From positions 310,001 through 374,000 of the forward strand of contig CDROCS010004943.1 in NCBI GenBank assembly GCA_977020255.1: a stretch of DNA of 64,000 bases, in the 5' to 3' direction. Positions 19,701 to 32,960 of the stretch are shown here, one piece after another. The notes beneath the pieces are model-generated. The model worked only from the letters and a program-made list of their open reading frames with translations, was not told the origin of the DNA and did no database searches. This DNA is from Obrimoposthia wandeli. Lineage: Eukaryota. Position numbers and translations under genes: made by a program. Positions within the stretch are counted from its first letter, which is position 1, and each line of letters begins with the position of its first letter.

Positions 19701-22700
19701 AATCTGATGAAATTATAATAATTACGATGTGAATTTATATATTTTATTTTCACATATTTTACCTTAATGTACTTGCTCTAAAGTTAACAGTTCATACACA
19801 CTCACGCAATTAAATAATTAAAATGTCTTATCTCGTTTGATAACATTCCTTAATTTAAATATTTTTAAATAATTAGATAAATTTGAATTATTTATTTTCA
19901 AATAACTTGATTATACAAATATATTCATGAATATAATTTGAAATTATCATTATTCGTTTCACTTTTTAACTATTCGATAATATATTTATATATACAAATT
20001 TAGATTATGGTTTAAAAGGATACTAAGAGTTAAAAAGAGTAACTAAAAAGATAGTAATATCGAATGTGTAAATGAACTAGAGTTATAGAGTATGACTGAA
20101 ATTGTAACTGAGGACGTTAATTAGTATAATAATAATCTTCACACAAAAAATATATATTTAAATTACTTGATATTTTTTGTCGTTGTCTTATTAATATAAT
20201 ATGAATATTCAATTTATTTCTTCAAAAATTCCTTTTATATATTAAACAACCTTTCTTTACCACATTATTGTAGTTTTTTATCAAGTGATTTTATATTTAA
20301 ACTATAAAACTATTTTAACTATAAAGTTAGTAGCTGTATTTCGCCGACTGCATATAATATAAATTTCAAACATAAGTTACTTTTAAATTTATTCTTTCAA
20401 ATATTAAAAGTTCTTTCGAGTTATTTAATTTTGTTTACTAGACATTCGAAAATTACTTGTAAACATAATATATTTTTGTATATATTTAGTTTAATATGTT
20501 GTAAGTTATTATTGTAATATTCCATTACATAAAAGTAATTGATAGTTTAATATCGTTTACAATAAATTGAAAAATATATACATAGTTGTAAGCAAATCAG
20601 TATTAATTGATTTAAACTAGATTAACCTTGTTTAATTTTGAGTATATTATATTCTTTGACTTAAATATGCAAATTTCAGTTATGAGTTGTTCATATATGA
20701 ATATTTTAAACTTATTTCATGATTTTACAACAAAAAATTTCAAATAGTTTACTTATTAATCATAATTTCAATGATTTTATCTGACATTTATTAATTTACT
20801 GTTTATAACAAGAAAACGGTAATTATAAACTTTAGCTACTGAAACTGTTTACTTTCCAAAATTGGTGTTGATTCTTATTTCAATATATTTTACGCTTATC
20901 ATGAAATAAATTTACAGTTTACTTTATACAATTTGTTATATATGACATACAATTACAGTTCTGTTGCAATAATTAATTATTAATAAAGAATATCAAATGA
21001 TATTTATTAATATTAAAAATACCGATAAATTATGATTAAACCATAAGTTTTGATTAAAATAAACTTATTACTTCTCTTTCCTAAATTATATTTTAATACG
21101 AATCGTAATATACAAATTTCGTTGTATTCTAGCATTTTATTATAAATATTCTTTAAGTAAAATTAGTTAAAATATTTATTAGTGTATTCAGTTGTTATTT
21201 TTGAATATAGCATTATTTCTTTTTAATTAGTTTTTTTTAATACTACATTTAATTTCTTTAACAACTACATGTTTTTACAATATTAGATACGAAGTAATCT
21301 GTTATTTTAGTTTAGGTTTTGTTGCGTCAGTTTTTTTTCAACTTTATCTAACAATATTTAATTTAATCTAATTAATAGGATATGAAATATTAGATAATCT
21401 ATTGTATAACAGAAGTAAGTATGTATTTATTATATATTTAAGATAATTACAATTTTGTTTTAACAATTTAATAAAAAAGTCAAAAAATATCAAAGAGCAA
21501 GATTTTAGGCTCTGGAGTGACGAACAAAGAGAAGGATCTCTTGACAAGAAAATTATTAAAATAATTTCCAAATATGATTTTAAAAATCTACAAGAAAGTG
21601 TTAATACTTACAAAAGTGTTAAAGAAATGGTAATTTTTATTCTTATTTTACAGAGGAATAGCGGACTATTGGAAGTTAATTTTGATCTACAGAAACTGAA
21701 GATCAACTGTGGTGAAGAAAATTTAACATAATATATAAATATCTTTTTAGTGTTTTTCTTCTTTTTGTAGTACCTATAATAACGGTAGTTTGATAGAATT
21801 CAATAAATATTTATTAACATATTTCACTATAATTAAAATTAACTTTACCGTTTGCAGACTTTGCTTTATTGGTAGAGCATTGCGTGTGACACATTATTTT
21901 CATAGAGTTTTAAATATAATAGTTTAAAGTTCATATTTTATTAAAATAAATTAAAGTTTAAATATTAAATACACTTCTAACAAATATTTGACAATAAATA
22001 TATGCAAATGACCAAATTTTTAAAAAACTATATTTTCATAATTCCACACACACTATTAATTTTAAAATTTTATATTCAGAAAGAATATATTAAATACAGT
22101 TTCCAATGTTGTATGATATTAGAACTTGTGTGCTTGTATTCAATGATTAACTTTTATTAAACTTTTATATAATTTTTACCACAAAAGGATATTTAAATAT
22201 ATTTTAGTTTAAGATAAAGAATGAGGTTATACAAGGTTAATGTAGTTTAAAACAATTAATACCAATTTTTTTACCAAAATTTGTAAAGAACAATAAACTA
22301 TTATGATCTACAATAAAGAAACTATTGAATTACAATATAACCATTCGTATTCAGTAAATTAATAAATGTAAGATATTCTAAAATATTTCGAAGTTGTGAA
22401 GATATTTCTTGTTTGCAAAATATTTTAAAATTTCTAAACTATAAAACAAATTTGAAAATATTCTATGTATATTCTAGTACAAAATTTTTTGTAAATAATT
22501 CTATGTAAAATAAAAATCTTGAATAATTTTTATTATACAATTTTATCTATATGTTGAGGTTATCTAATGAGTGTGGGTTATGGAAAATTTTCTAATCTAC
22601 ATAAACTTGGCTAAATATAAAGAAATTAAAAAAAATGAAAATCTAGACATATTTTAACGTGATAAAATAAGAGTGAAACTAAAAAGTGAACTAAAATAAA

Positions 22701-23138
22701 AATCAAAGTATTACATCAATGTACCAAGTCTTACTTCATATTCATCAGATAAATTTATATGCTCAACAATTTAAGTACTTTTTTAAAACAAATTTAAATA
22801 AGGTATAAATTCAATTGAAAGATTTTTCATTCGAATGACATTTGGATCATAACTTTGTTACAGAATGTATTGGTCAGCGAGATTTTGCGTCCCAGCTGTA
22901 GCCGATTGAATGAGCATTGAAATGTTCGATGATTTTGAGGAATTGTGATATTTTCCTAACATTGATTTGTTAGATTTTTCTCAAAGGGGCTCAATTCGAT
23001 TTTTCTTCATTGTCAGGCCAGCTACAGTGGTATTGAATTTTCTCCGGTACACCACTATGAGAAGCTCTATGAGACAGACTTCAAATTTTGTTCATTTAAT
23101 CCCGAAGACGATGGCAAATTTATATGTTGTAAGCGAAT

Positions 23139-24050
23139 ATGAGTCAAACAATCTGTGTAACAAATTTCAAAGAGGACAATAAAAACTCAGTCGCTTATAT
23201 CTCAGGTGTCTGGGAACGACAGATGATGTTGATGGACTTACCCACTGGGAACCCTACATATGTTCCAAGAGAGCCTCAGGATTCATCGTGCCCAAAGACA
23301 GAGACTCCAATCTTGAGGACGTCCCCAACACGACTGAGCGAGCGAGCCGCATTAGAGGCGGACCCTCTTTGTGAGCGCGTGAGTCGTCTGCTCGTGATCT
23401 ATACTGGCGGAACTATCGGCATGAACAGCTCCGACGAGGGCTACACGCCTGAAGCAGGCTTCCTGAGTTCTCAGCTGCACCGTAGTCAGGAGGGCTCGCG
23501 AGCACTGCACGACCCGGAATTCATGGCTCGCTACACGCAGAACCTGGATCGGGAGCACGACTGCGTCTTCGCTTTGCCGCCACTGGTGATATCCGGAGCT
23601 CGAGTCCGGGTTCTGTATGCGGTGTGGGAGTACGCCCAGCTGCTGGACTCGTGTGACATCATCAGAGACGACTACCTGCGCATCGTGCGTGATATTCGTG
23701 ACAACTACGAGCACTACGACGGCATTGTAGTGCTACATGGAACTGACACGATGGCGGAGACCGGTTCAGTGCTCTCCTTCTTGCTGGAGAGCCTCACAAA
23801 GCCTCACTGGCTCCCAGATCCCGCTCTTCGAGCCTGGAAGTGACGGCAGCAACAACTTCCGGCGGCGTCAAAGGCCTCTACAAGACCGGCATTGTGCTGC
23901 GCAACTATGGTGTTCTCTCCGGTGCAGACATGACAATCAAGGCTGCGCACGCCAAGCTAGCCTTCGTGTGTGCGCGTTCAGATTAGAGTCTGCAGCAGAA
24001 GAAAGACGCTCTCATCGGCAGTCTTCGCGGGGAACTGACTCCGCAATAGC
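23139..24050 (+). pseudogene. L-asparaginase (type I/ASPG-like catalytic domain), intronless, frameshifted and internally deleted
   Basis: LLVIYTGGTIGM at about 23388-23423, LLDS.D, HGTDTM at 23736-23753, frameshift at about 23800 into LTGSQIP..SDGSNNF, deletion junction at about 23860, then GVLSGADMT..AAHAKL, stop at 23982, LRGELTPQ*. GC-rich. The 5' part (23139-23310) may be unrelated fused DNA. Confidence 0.92.
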
Positions 24051-24789
24051 ACGCTAAGTGTGCAACTACGACAAAAGTAAAACTACAACATAGAATAATC
24101 AAAAAATTATTTATTAAATTTCCTTCATATTATTTTAAAATCTAGTATAAATATTTATAATAATTTATTTTATTTCATTTTCTTTAATATAGCATACCTT
24201 CGGGTTTTTAAGACAATTTCGTCCGAAGAACAGTATTAATTTTATAGTGTCACCCAACTAACTCAATCAAATACTCAATCTACATTACAATTATAGATTT
24301 CTAAAAAATTCATCCGATCACTCACAAAACTAGAGTCCGTAAGTCTTAGTGAACAAGTTTACACATATTACAATTGTTTGGAATTAGGAGCCAGAAATGT
24401 CACGGAAGGTTTGTCATGTGAGGTCAATTATTACATTTTGGTTAGCCTGGTCCTAAACATGTCATCAACTCTCATTAGTTAATCAATAATGAGATATTAC
24501 ATTAATATTGATAATAAATTATTGTTGATACTTATAATGTATCAAAAAATGGTTACTACAACATATTTATTGATTTCATCCATACTATTAATATATTAAT
24601 CTACTTACAAATATCTACTTCATCCAATGGTAATAAATTTATATAGTAAATGTACTTTCAAACAATTATCTTCAACATGTATACCAAATTTTGCAAGAAA
24701 TTTTATCATTTACGTTTTATGATCGAAGTATTGATAAAAAATTATAACGCTTGTTGGTGGTCTATATTGTTGTTGGTTTTGGTAATTAA

Positions 24790-25387
24790 ATTGTGTGTTT
24801 AGGTTAAAGTTTTCGGTTTGGTTGTTATTTGGTGGTGTTGTAATTTTTTAAAAGTTAACGCTGAAACTTCTGTTTGTTGCAACATATTTAAGGGGGTTTC
24901 TACAATTTGTGCTTTATTTATGGCTTGTTGAAAATTTTCTACTTCTAGTAGTGCTGGGTGATTTTTGATTATATCGTTTAGTACATATAGGAACTGATGT
25001 AGTAGCAAGCGTTCTCTTAAAGCTTCATAAATTCCGGGAAATGATTTTAAGGATAATCTTCGTAATTCAACTGCAAATATATTTGTGGGTTCTCCTATAT
25101 GTTGCTCATGTAAATTGGTTAGGGTAATTTTGTTCTGATTGTGCTCCTAAAATCATTTTTTGAAAATTCTGAACCTAATGGTCCCGTGTGTCTTTTTGTT
25201 CATTAGTTAATCCTTTATAAATTGTTAAAGCAGTGCCTTTTAAATATGCTGGAAAAATCTTAAGTTTCTCTGCGTTAGTACACTCAAATGCTTCAGCAAA
25301 TGAATTAAATATATTTAAAATTTTGGATAGTGAAGATTTATCGCCATTGAAAGCGTCTAATGAAAAATTTCATTTATGTGCAGCCAT
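24790..25387 (-). pseudogene. Ty3/Gypsy Gag capsid-domain remnant
   Basis: FNGD..KLKIFPAYLKGTALTIY, frameshift, then GEPTNIFAVELRRLSLKSFP..RERLLLHQFL..FQQAINKAQIVE. Confidence 0.75.
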
Positions 25388-27427
25388 TATTTGAGGTTGG
25401 TAGACTATTTGTTCGTTGTTTATTTTTAAAATAGGTTGTTCTGGTACCACCACTGTGTAAGTAAATCGTTATTTGTGATTTAGGTCTTTAAATCGGTTTC
25501 TCACTGGAGTCTGTTCTAACTAATCTTGTTTGAATTCGTCTCCAGTGAAGGCTAGCGCTACGTTTTTGTTTATTTATTTTGTGTGTCTGTTTTGTGATAG
25601 TTTTTTGGGTTTGTGTTGTTAGTATTTTATTTTAAGTTTCAAAAAAAATATTGTGATAAATGAAAAATGTGTAATGGGTACTGAAATTAAAAAGATTTCG
25701 ATGATATTCGAAAAAGTTATTTGGTCAATCTCAAAATCAAGTTCTCTTAGTAAAATCAAAAACACGTTCTTCAAAATTTTATAAAAAAAAATATCTGTAC
25801 CTTATCACTTTGAGCACTACCCACGTCAATCAGTGTATAGTTTTTTTTTATGATAGCGCTCGACGCAACTTGGAAAACAAGATAATTTGCAACAAAAATT
25901 CAAATGTTTGGTCAGTTTTATATGTATTCCAAAAATATATATAATTCTTTCAACTTTTATTATCTTTTAAGTTTTTATTTTACTATTACGTTTTTAATAG
26001 ATAAATGCACTCCAATTTATAGTTTTCAAAAACGAATCTTATCTAGTAAACCAGTTCAAATGAAAAATGTTAAAATCTATCTCAAAATTTATTGTATTTG
26101 AGATGTGCTTCGTTTGTTGATTACTTTTTTAATATATTTGTCAGTGTTCAAACTCTATCCGACAACAGCTAGTGTTTAGCCTTTATATGAACAGAACTCC
26201 GAAAACCGAGAAAAATATTTTATATTAATATTACAATTGAATTGACTTACACAACTCAAATTATAAAATTAGAGAATGGAACTCGACTGTTTCGGAAAAC
26301 AAAAATTATGTTTTTACTAATGAGACTTGTGCGCAAAGCTGCAAACACCTCAACTATATTACACCTGAAACTTTATACTAATCACAAATTTACACAAAAA
26401 TAAAATGTTGTTAGCTTTATGAAATTGTAAATATTTTTAATGTTGTAAAACTCAGATGATTTTCAAATAAGTTCAAATAACCCACAAGAAAATATTTTGA
26501 ATCTATATGTATTCAAATTAACAAGTTATATCTATGTAATAAAAATATAGACTAAAGCAATAAAATTAAACTAAATAAACGGCTTTTCTAGTTATTTTGT
26601 AAATTAGAATGCCATGTATACAATAAAATATATGATAATAAAATTAATGTTTAATAATCAAAGTAAAGAAAATTATTACAATAGGTAAAAGAAAATATGA
26701 ACACTAAATGTAAAAATGAAATAAATTGCGGCTAAAACTTGAGAAAATAAAATGAATCTTTGGTTATCAAAGTTAAATAAATTCTCACAATTAATAAAAC
26801 TAAATTTAACTAAAAATAAATAGTGACTAAATTGCAAGAAATAAATTGAATTTTAAATAAATTATTATAATAAATAAAATAGAAGAACTGCTGTTCATAT
26901 ACCAGAGGTAAATACACATGGAGAGATAGAGGAGCGAGTTAGGGACAGCACACACAACCACAAGTCTCAGTCAGGTAAGCTGGCAGGGGGAATGTCAACT
27001 CCACTTTGTAGTGGACACAATTGCCGCTATTGAATGGCTATCTGCTTGGAAAGGAGATAAGACCTGGGTGTCAGGGGGCAAAATCTCCGAGACGGTGAGG
27101 CAAAGCGGCTGCAGCAGCACATTCAGTGACTTGTTGGCAAGCCCGTAATACTTGTTGATAGAGAGGCATGCATATAGTTGGGTGGTTGGGCAGGCGAGAA
27201 ATCCGAGAAGCTGCATCAACCGAGGCACAACATACACAACAGCAGCACTAGATCAGCTGCAGATAGTGATGATGCCGTTGTTTACGGATGATGATTACGA
27301 TGCCGTTCTCGCCGCATGAATGATAACGGAGGAAGGTAGAGGAGAGAGACTGCTGCTACTGGGCGGCAAGTCTTTGGTGACAAAACCACTTTACTTTTTT
27401 GTCAGACTTATTTCTGACATTTTAGCC

Positions 27428-27479
27428 ACCTCCCTGACGAGGCCAAGGTAGGCTGAAACAGGATTATCATGTCGGAGGT
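27428..27479 (+). ncRNA. Type I minimal hammerhead ribozyme, copy B
   Basis: Stem I ACCTCC/GGAGGT (6 bp), CTGACGA at 27434-27440, stem II GGCC/GGCT, GAAA, CA..TG, GTC at 27471-27473. Confidence 0.78.
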
Positions 27480-27899
27480 TGATTAAAGTATACCTCTCTG
27501 ATTGTGGGCATTTCAGTAATGTCAATTTAAATTGACATAATTAATTCTAATATATATATATATATATTTTTAAATCCAAACACTTATGACATCATGTTGT
27601 CTCGTGAGGTAACATGACATTGAAAAATCATGTATACTCGAGAGAAATATGACCCACATCAAATGACCTTGGCCTACCTTTTGAACTCATCATAATCTTA
27701 ACTTGTCCTCATAAACCCTGGAGGCTTTGTTCCAAAAGTGCAACATCTACATACTCACTAGGTGGACATTTATCATGAAAAAAATAAACATTTTCAGGAT
27801 ATAACCTTAAATTTAATTGGATCAACATGAAAGAAGATGTAAAAATAGGTTCAAAACATGTGAAATATGTCATAAACGAAAAAATACGTTACGTCATAC

Positions 27900-28420
27900 A
27901 AAAATATCTTTTTTACCTGAAACACCCCCAGGAAATCACTACATAATAGTATTTTCTGACAATTTACAAGATTGCAAGAGGATTTCCCAACACAAGATCA
28001 CAAGGCTGTACCATCGCGAAGGTTTTAGTTAAAAAACAATTTTTACTTTTAGTGCACATCGAAAGTTTTTAACTGACAAAGGTCCTGAATTCATAAATAA
28101 TGTATTAGTATCAATAACCAAAATATTTCAGATAAAAAAGATCAACACAACACCATATCACCCTCAAACCTATGGATTAGGCGAACGATTTAATATAACC
28201 CTCGAAGATATGATGGTATCATAAACTAACAATAATCAAACAGATTGGGATTTACACATACCTCCATGCCTATTTGCATATAGAACATCAGTACTGGCAT
28301 CAACAGGATAAATACTTTTTAACTTATGTTCCTCAGAGATCCTCAAATTCCTATCGATCTCACATTATTACAACATACCACTCAATACTTAGAAATACCT
28401 GAATACAAAATAGAAATTAG
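27900..28420 (+). pseudogene. Ty3/Gypsy integrase remnant, duplicate
   Basis: Homolog of 2440-2960 with extra stops and frameshifts. Confidence 0.85.
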
Positions 28421-28699
28421 AGAAAGAATAAAACTAGCGAATTTGTCTCTGTCTTTTTGATGTGTCTTTTTCGGAAAATTTCTAAAATATTTGTAAGTTG
28501 TGAAAATATTTCTTGTTTGGAAATTATTTTGAAATTTTAAACTATAAAACAAATTCGAAAATATTCTGTGTATATTCTAGTACAAAATGTTTTTTTAAAT
28601 AATTCTATGTAAAATTTAAGTTTTCAAAATGTTGAAATTTGCTAAAAAAATAATATTAAAAACATGGCCATGGCACGTGCCACGGTTGCTATGGCAACA

Positions 28700-30692
28700 A
28701 TACACACCTTACGACACGTATCATTGATTCAAATTACACAATTATAAAATATACCAAATAATTATAGGAAAAATATTTTTATCCGTTATTGATATTTTCA
28801 TGAATGTTTTTGCAAATTTATACGGAAAAATCCCCTTATCATTAACCGAAACAGGAAACACTGACTGTGTAATTGGCCATGCATTTAAAGATGCCATTAA
28901 ATTTTTTAAATACCGGTCAAAAACTGCAGAGAATCTATGAATCTTAAACTGCAGAATTCAGTATATGCAGTTAAAGATAAATATTTCTCTGAACTTTGAG
29001 GTACACATGAAATTTCTCAAGAGCTTAATGTACCCAACGCGTATTTAAGTATATGATGCAAATCATATTCTTTGAGATTATGAAACACGATGGGAATGCG
29101 TGGTTTTTAGGGAGTAGACGGCCAAGGTTACAGTGGTTGCATGCCGCTCCCAATTATCGCCCCGTAACATGATCGTGATCTCTGACTAACTTAGACTGGG
29201 TTTCACACAAATAACATAATCTACGAGAATTAAAATTAACCCATTATATGCCTGTCATGATCATTGCTTGATGAGCATTAAGATCATACCACGGTTTGAC
29301 AATTGTAGTTCCTAATTCTTCTAATTTTAACATAAAATCTAAAATACAATTTGGATCTGAAAATGTATGACACTGTGTAATATTGGGCCTAAGAATAGTA
29401 GTCCTGTCGAAGCCGGTAGGTGAATACTCTCATACTGGTCGTGCAATGCTAGAATTGACTCAAAATCAGCATACGCCCTGAATTCCACAGGTATGCATTT
29501 TGCCCAATCCCTGAATTTTAAATCCTTATCCTTAGGCATGCTATATAGCATATTGTCATCAGGATTCAGTGAACATAATGTCAGATGTTTGCTGTAAGAG
29601 AGCTCGGATCGAAATCCATGTAAACATATATGACACCACTTACACCTTATCCTAACCGGTAAGGCTCTATTATCCTCGCCTCTTTCTTCCTACAGTCGCT
29701 GACAATTCTCCTCATAATTAAATGGGAAGACAACTATTCATATTGACAGTTGATGCTGCTGAAGTTGAGTCAATCGCAGCTGATGTGGAAGGTGCTGCTG
29801 AAGAAAGTGCTGCCGCAGATGTATAGGCAACGACGCTTGTAGAGGCTGCATTTGAGGTTGGAGTAGATTAGGTAATTATTACCTCTAAGGTGTGCAAACA
29901 TCGATGTAGGAGGCATAGCTGTCGTAGCGGATGACGACTGTATCAAGGTATTTCCTGAATAAAAAATAAAAAATATATAATTACAATTTTAAAAAATAGT
30001 CAGAAAATAGTAATGAAAAAATATCTAATTAAGGCAATCCCACTGTAGCAGGTTGAAAGTCCTCTTTATTGACGGAATCCATCCAGCTGTCGTCCGTTAA
30101 CTCGACGAAATCGGATTCCTCGATGGTCTGTAACCAGCTGTTGTCGCTCCACTGAGGCTGCTCCATCTCGAATCTTGACTGGGTAATATTTTCCATCCAG
30201 TCATTGTTCGAGAATTGGGTTGCTGGTGCCAACTCCTCAAAATTCTTCTTGGGATATGATCTTTATCCACTCATTGTTAGTTATTTGAGTGGATGAGGCA
30301 GCTGCAGAATCAGAAGACGGCAGATAAGGACCAATCGCAGGACCGAAAACGGGTTGAACGACTGCAACTGGAACAGGGCAAGAGCTGGAGCGACCTACGA
30401 ATCGCGCACCAATTGCACGATATCCCTCTTCTTGTTGTTGAACTTGAAACAGTATAGGTGATCTCGGTGTTCACCGAAGAAGTCTCGAAACTCCTTCTCC
30501 TCCATAGTTTTGCAGAAGGGGCAGACGAAGAATACCCGGCCATGAGACTTTGTCCGATAGTAGACGGAGATTATCTCCATGCAGGACTCTCCTCCATGCG
30601 GAGGCGAAGCACCACAATAAGCTGGAAACAGGTTACACGTAATCTAAAAAATAAATATTAATAAAGAAATAAAAAATAAAGTTTCTTACCAT
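28700..30692 (-). pseudogene. Polinton pPolB copy 2, spliced 5' end, internal deletion or junction at about 29665
   Basis: ATG at 30692, intron 30644-30689, Cys/His domain, four W-containing acidic repeats, intron-2 acceptor at 29955, intron-3 donor at 29882. The equivalent of about 4198-5059 is missing. YADFES and RDHDH motifs are present. Confidence 0.88.
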
Positions 30693-30954
30693 ATTCATTA
30701 TTTAAAATAGTCGAGGATTGAAATAAAAAAAGTGTTTGCTTATATACTAAATTTTATGCACACATGCTCTTTTCTTATTGGATGAAAATATTGAATTTAT
30801 TTTTCCTTTAAGAAGGATTGTTTAACTGTTATTGGTTGATAATATTATTTTTAATATATTTTTTCCTCAAATTAAAAGGATTGTTCATTTGTATTTGTAA
30901 TTGGATGAAAATTTTATTTTGTAAATAATGAATTTCTCCAATTAGAATAATTGT

Positions 30955-31437
30955 TTATCTTCATGTCAAGTAATAAGATAGACTTAAATATTTTTTATAT
31001 GCGCAATGGTCACCATGATCACGATATGGACAGCAAATATTTCGTGGAATTTTTAATAGATGATCATGTGAAATATTTAAAGTATTCAATCTCAAATTTA
31101 GAAAATATTTTTTTAAAGTCTTATACTTTTTGCCATCCATTTCATCTAAAACATAAAAATTTCATTTTCAATATCAAAATTAGATTTAATGGTATTGAAA
31201 ATACATATTTCCCAAAAAGCCTTATGCCCTTCTTTCCATTTTAATAAATGAAAATAATTAGTTAGATATAATTAGTAAATTTTTCTTATAATCTAAACTC
31301 TTAAACAAGATATCTACATGAAATATGAAAGGCAAAGGATGAAAAACGTCGCATATATCCATAATACATAATTCTTTTATAATATAATTTCCATTTTTGT
31401 TAATGTAAGCCTCAAAATCTATGATATATTCTTGCAT
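30955..31437 (-). pseudogene. DnaQ-like accessory ORF, copy 2
   Basis: MQEYIIDFEAYINKNGNYIIKELCI, homolog of 6150-6636, frameshifted. Confidence 0.6.
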
Positions 31438-31819
31438 AATTACCCAAATTTGTAGCAAATCTCTTTGTTTATAACGAATAAAAAAAATATTAATCAAAAA
31501 TTTATACTAATAACAAAGTACTCATGATTCACTTTTCACGTTAAGATTGGTATATATTGTCAATTCTTCTATGAATATTAAAATAAAATATATTAAATCT
31601 AAACATACCTAAATATTTCGAAATTATATTTACATATTTTATCTCCAACAATTTCCAAAGTATCATTTTTTGAGAAGTAATTTTTTACATAATCTTCCAT
31701 TAAATCTGAAGATAATTTAATGTATAATTTATTCCAATTTATTTTATCATCGATTTTATAAAAAACAATATATATAAAATTGTTTATATTTAGTATGCTT
31801 ATGTAAAATATTTAGACAA

Positions 31820-32960
31820 TTATGTAACACAAAAATAATCAATAAAGACAAAAGAAAAAATAATTTTCAAAAATAATTTTTTAGAAGATGGACCCTCTAC
31901 AGGTTTAATATGGAAGATTCTCTTTCTTGAAGCTCGGCGATTGTCCTCCATCTCCACTCTTCGTTTTTCAGCCATTTGCCTTTGCTCCAATTCAATCTTC
32001 TTATTCCACTCCACGATCCAACGTCGTTCTGCTAGCCGCCTATCTTGAGATTTTAGCAGTAGTTTCCACAATTTTTTGAGAGGAAGTGCAGGCAATGTTG
32101 ATGGCCCCAACGATTAAGTTGTAGCCTTCCTCTTCCGCGGAGCTTTCTTCCATTTCTCCTACTTCTCACGCTGAAGCTGACGTGAGGCGGTATCCTGCTG
32201 CCCTCACGAATCTGGAAGTATTGATGGTTGAGGAGTATCCAGATCCGCTAGGAATTCGTCCAATCCAGCATCATCTCAGGCCCTTTTCAAGTTCTGGCTG
32301 GTAGATGCTGTTGGCAGAGGAGAAGTAGTCTCTCAAGCCCTGGTCAAATTTTGGCTTATACTCAATGAACCTGGTGCCGTCTTCTACAGGTGTCGTTGAC
32401 TCGGTGGCGGTTTCCTCTCGTACAGAATTGACCCGTCGTCCACTGGATATGGGAGAATTTCCTGCTGGCCAATCACAGCCTCAGAAGAATTGAGCTTCGT
32501 GGTGCGGCATTTTCTCGAGCGCTTCGTTTTCCGCACCTCTGCTTGCTTCGTATGTTTCTTGGGAAAAGGAGCAATTTTCCCCATGTCTCCTCAATTATCT
32601 GCAACAAAAACATTAATAAAACTTTTAATTAAACTTTTAATTAAAAAAGTATATTTAAATATTAAAAAATTTACCTCAATAATCGGATTTTGAAGTTTTT
32701 CCTGCAAATTCATTTACACCTAGGTAGATTTGAGCAGAAAAGATTTTACCTTTTTAGGACGCCTCGTCTTCCGCACAGCAGCCCACTTCATTCGTGTCTG
32801 TGGGAAAGGATAAAATTTTCCCCACGTCTCCTCAGTTAATTCTATTGGTTCCTGCAACAAAAACATCAATAACATTTAAACATATAAATAATTTTCTCAA
32901 TGACAGGCAGGTTAGCCTGTTTCCCGAACTTGGCTTTCTTCCGATGGACCGTATGGGTTT
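31820..32960 (-). pseudogene. Divergent homolog of spliced gene X (subfamily 1)
   Basis: Same position relative to neighbours and TIR. GC-rich exon-like blocks are separated by gtaaat...ttgcag and gtaaaa...cctag AT stretches. Repeated EETWGK exon starts. The 3' end overlaps the AT-rich tail seen at 7060. Confidence 0.5.

Larger units (their letters stand above)
17451..20130. mobile_element. Non-autonomous Polinton subfamily-1 derivative (left end intact, right end missing)
   Basis: Starts AGTAGGTAGAAGGATGGAG. The ~660-bp end is the reverse complement of 53990-54310 plus 55095-55497. The interior is colinear with 49960-53900 apart from two deletions. Confidence 0.85.
25688..29664. repeat. Segmental duplication copy B (partner 1-4197)
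   Basis: Colinear with window positions 1-4197, with small indels. Confidence 0.95.

Noticed and set aside
19700-19740. Further hammerheads at CTGATGA sites (also about 50305, 52845, 55790)
   Set aside because: No downstream GAAA core or stem pairing.
23352-23714. 120-aa minus-strand ORF
   Set aside because: Antisense shadow of the GC-rich asparaginase.
25669-26880. LTR belonging to the adjacent gag and integrase remnants
   Set aside because: Gag is on the minus strand and the integrase on the plus strand, and no PBS, PPT or TG...CA pair could be fixed.
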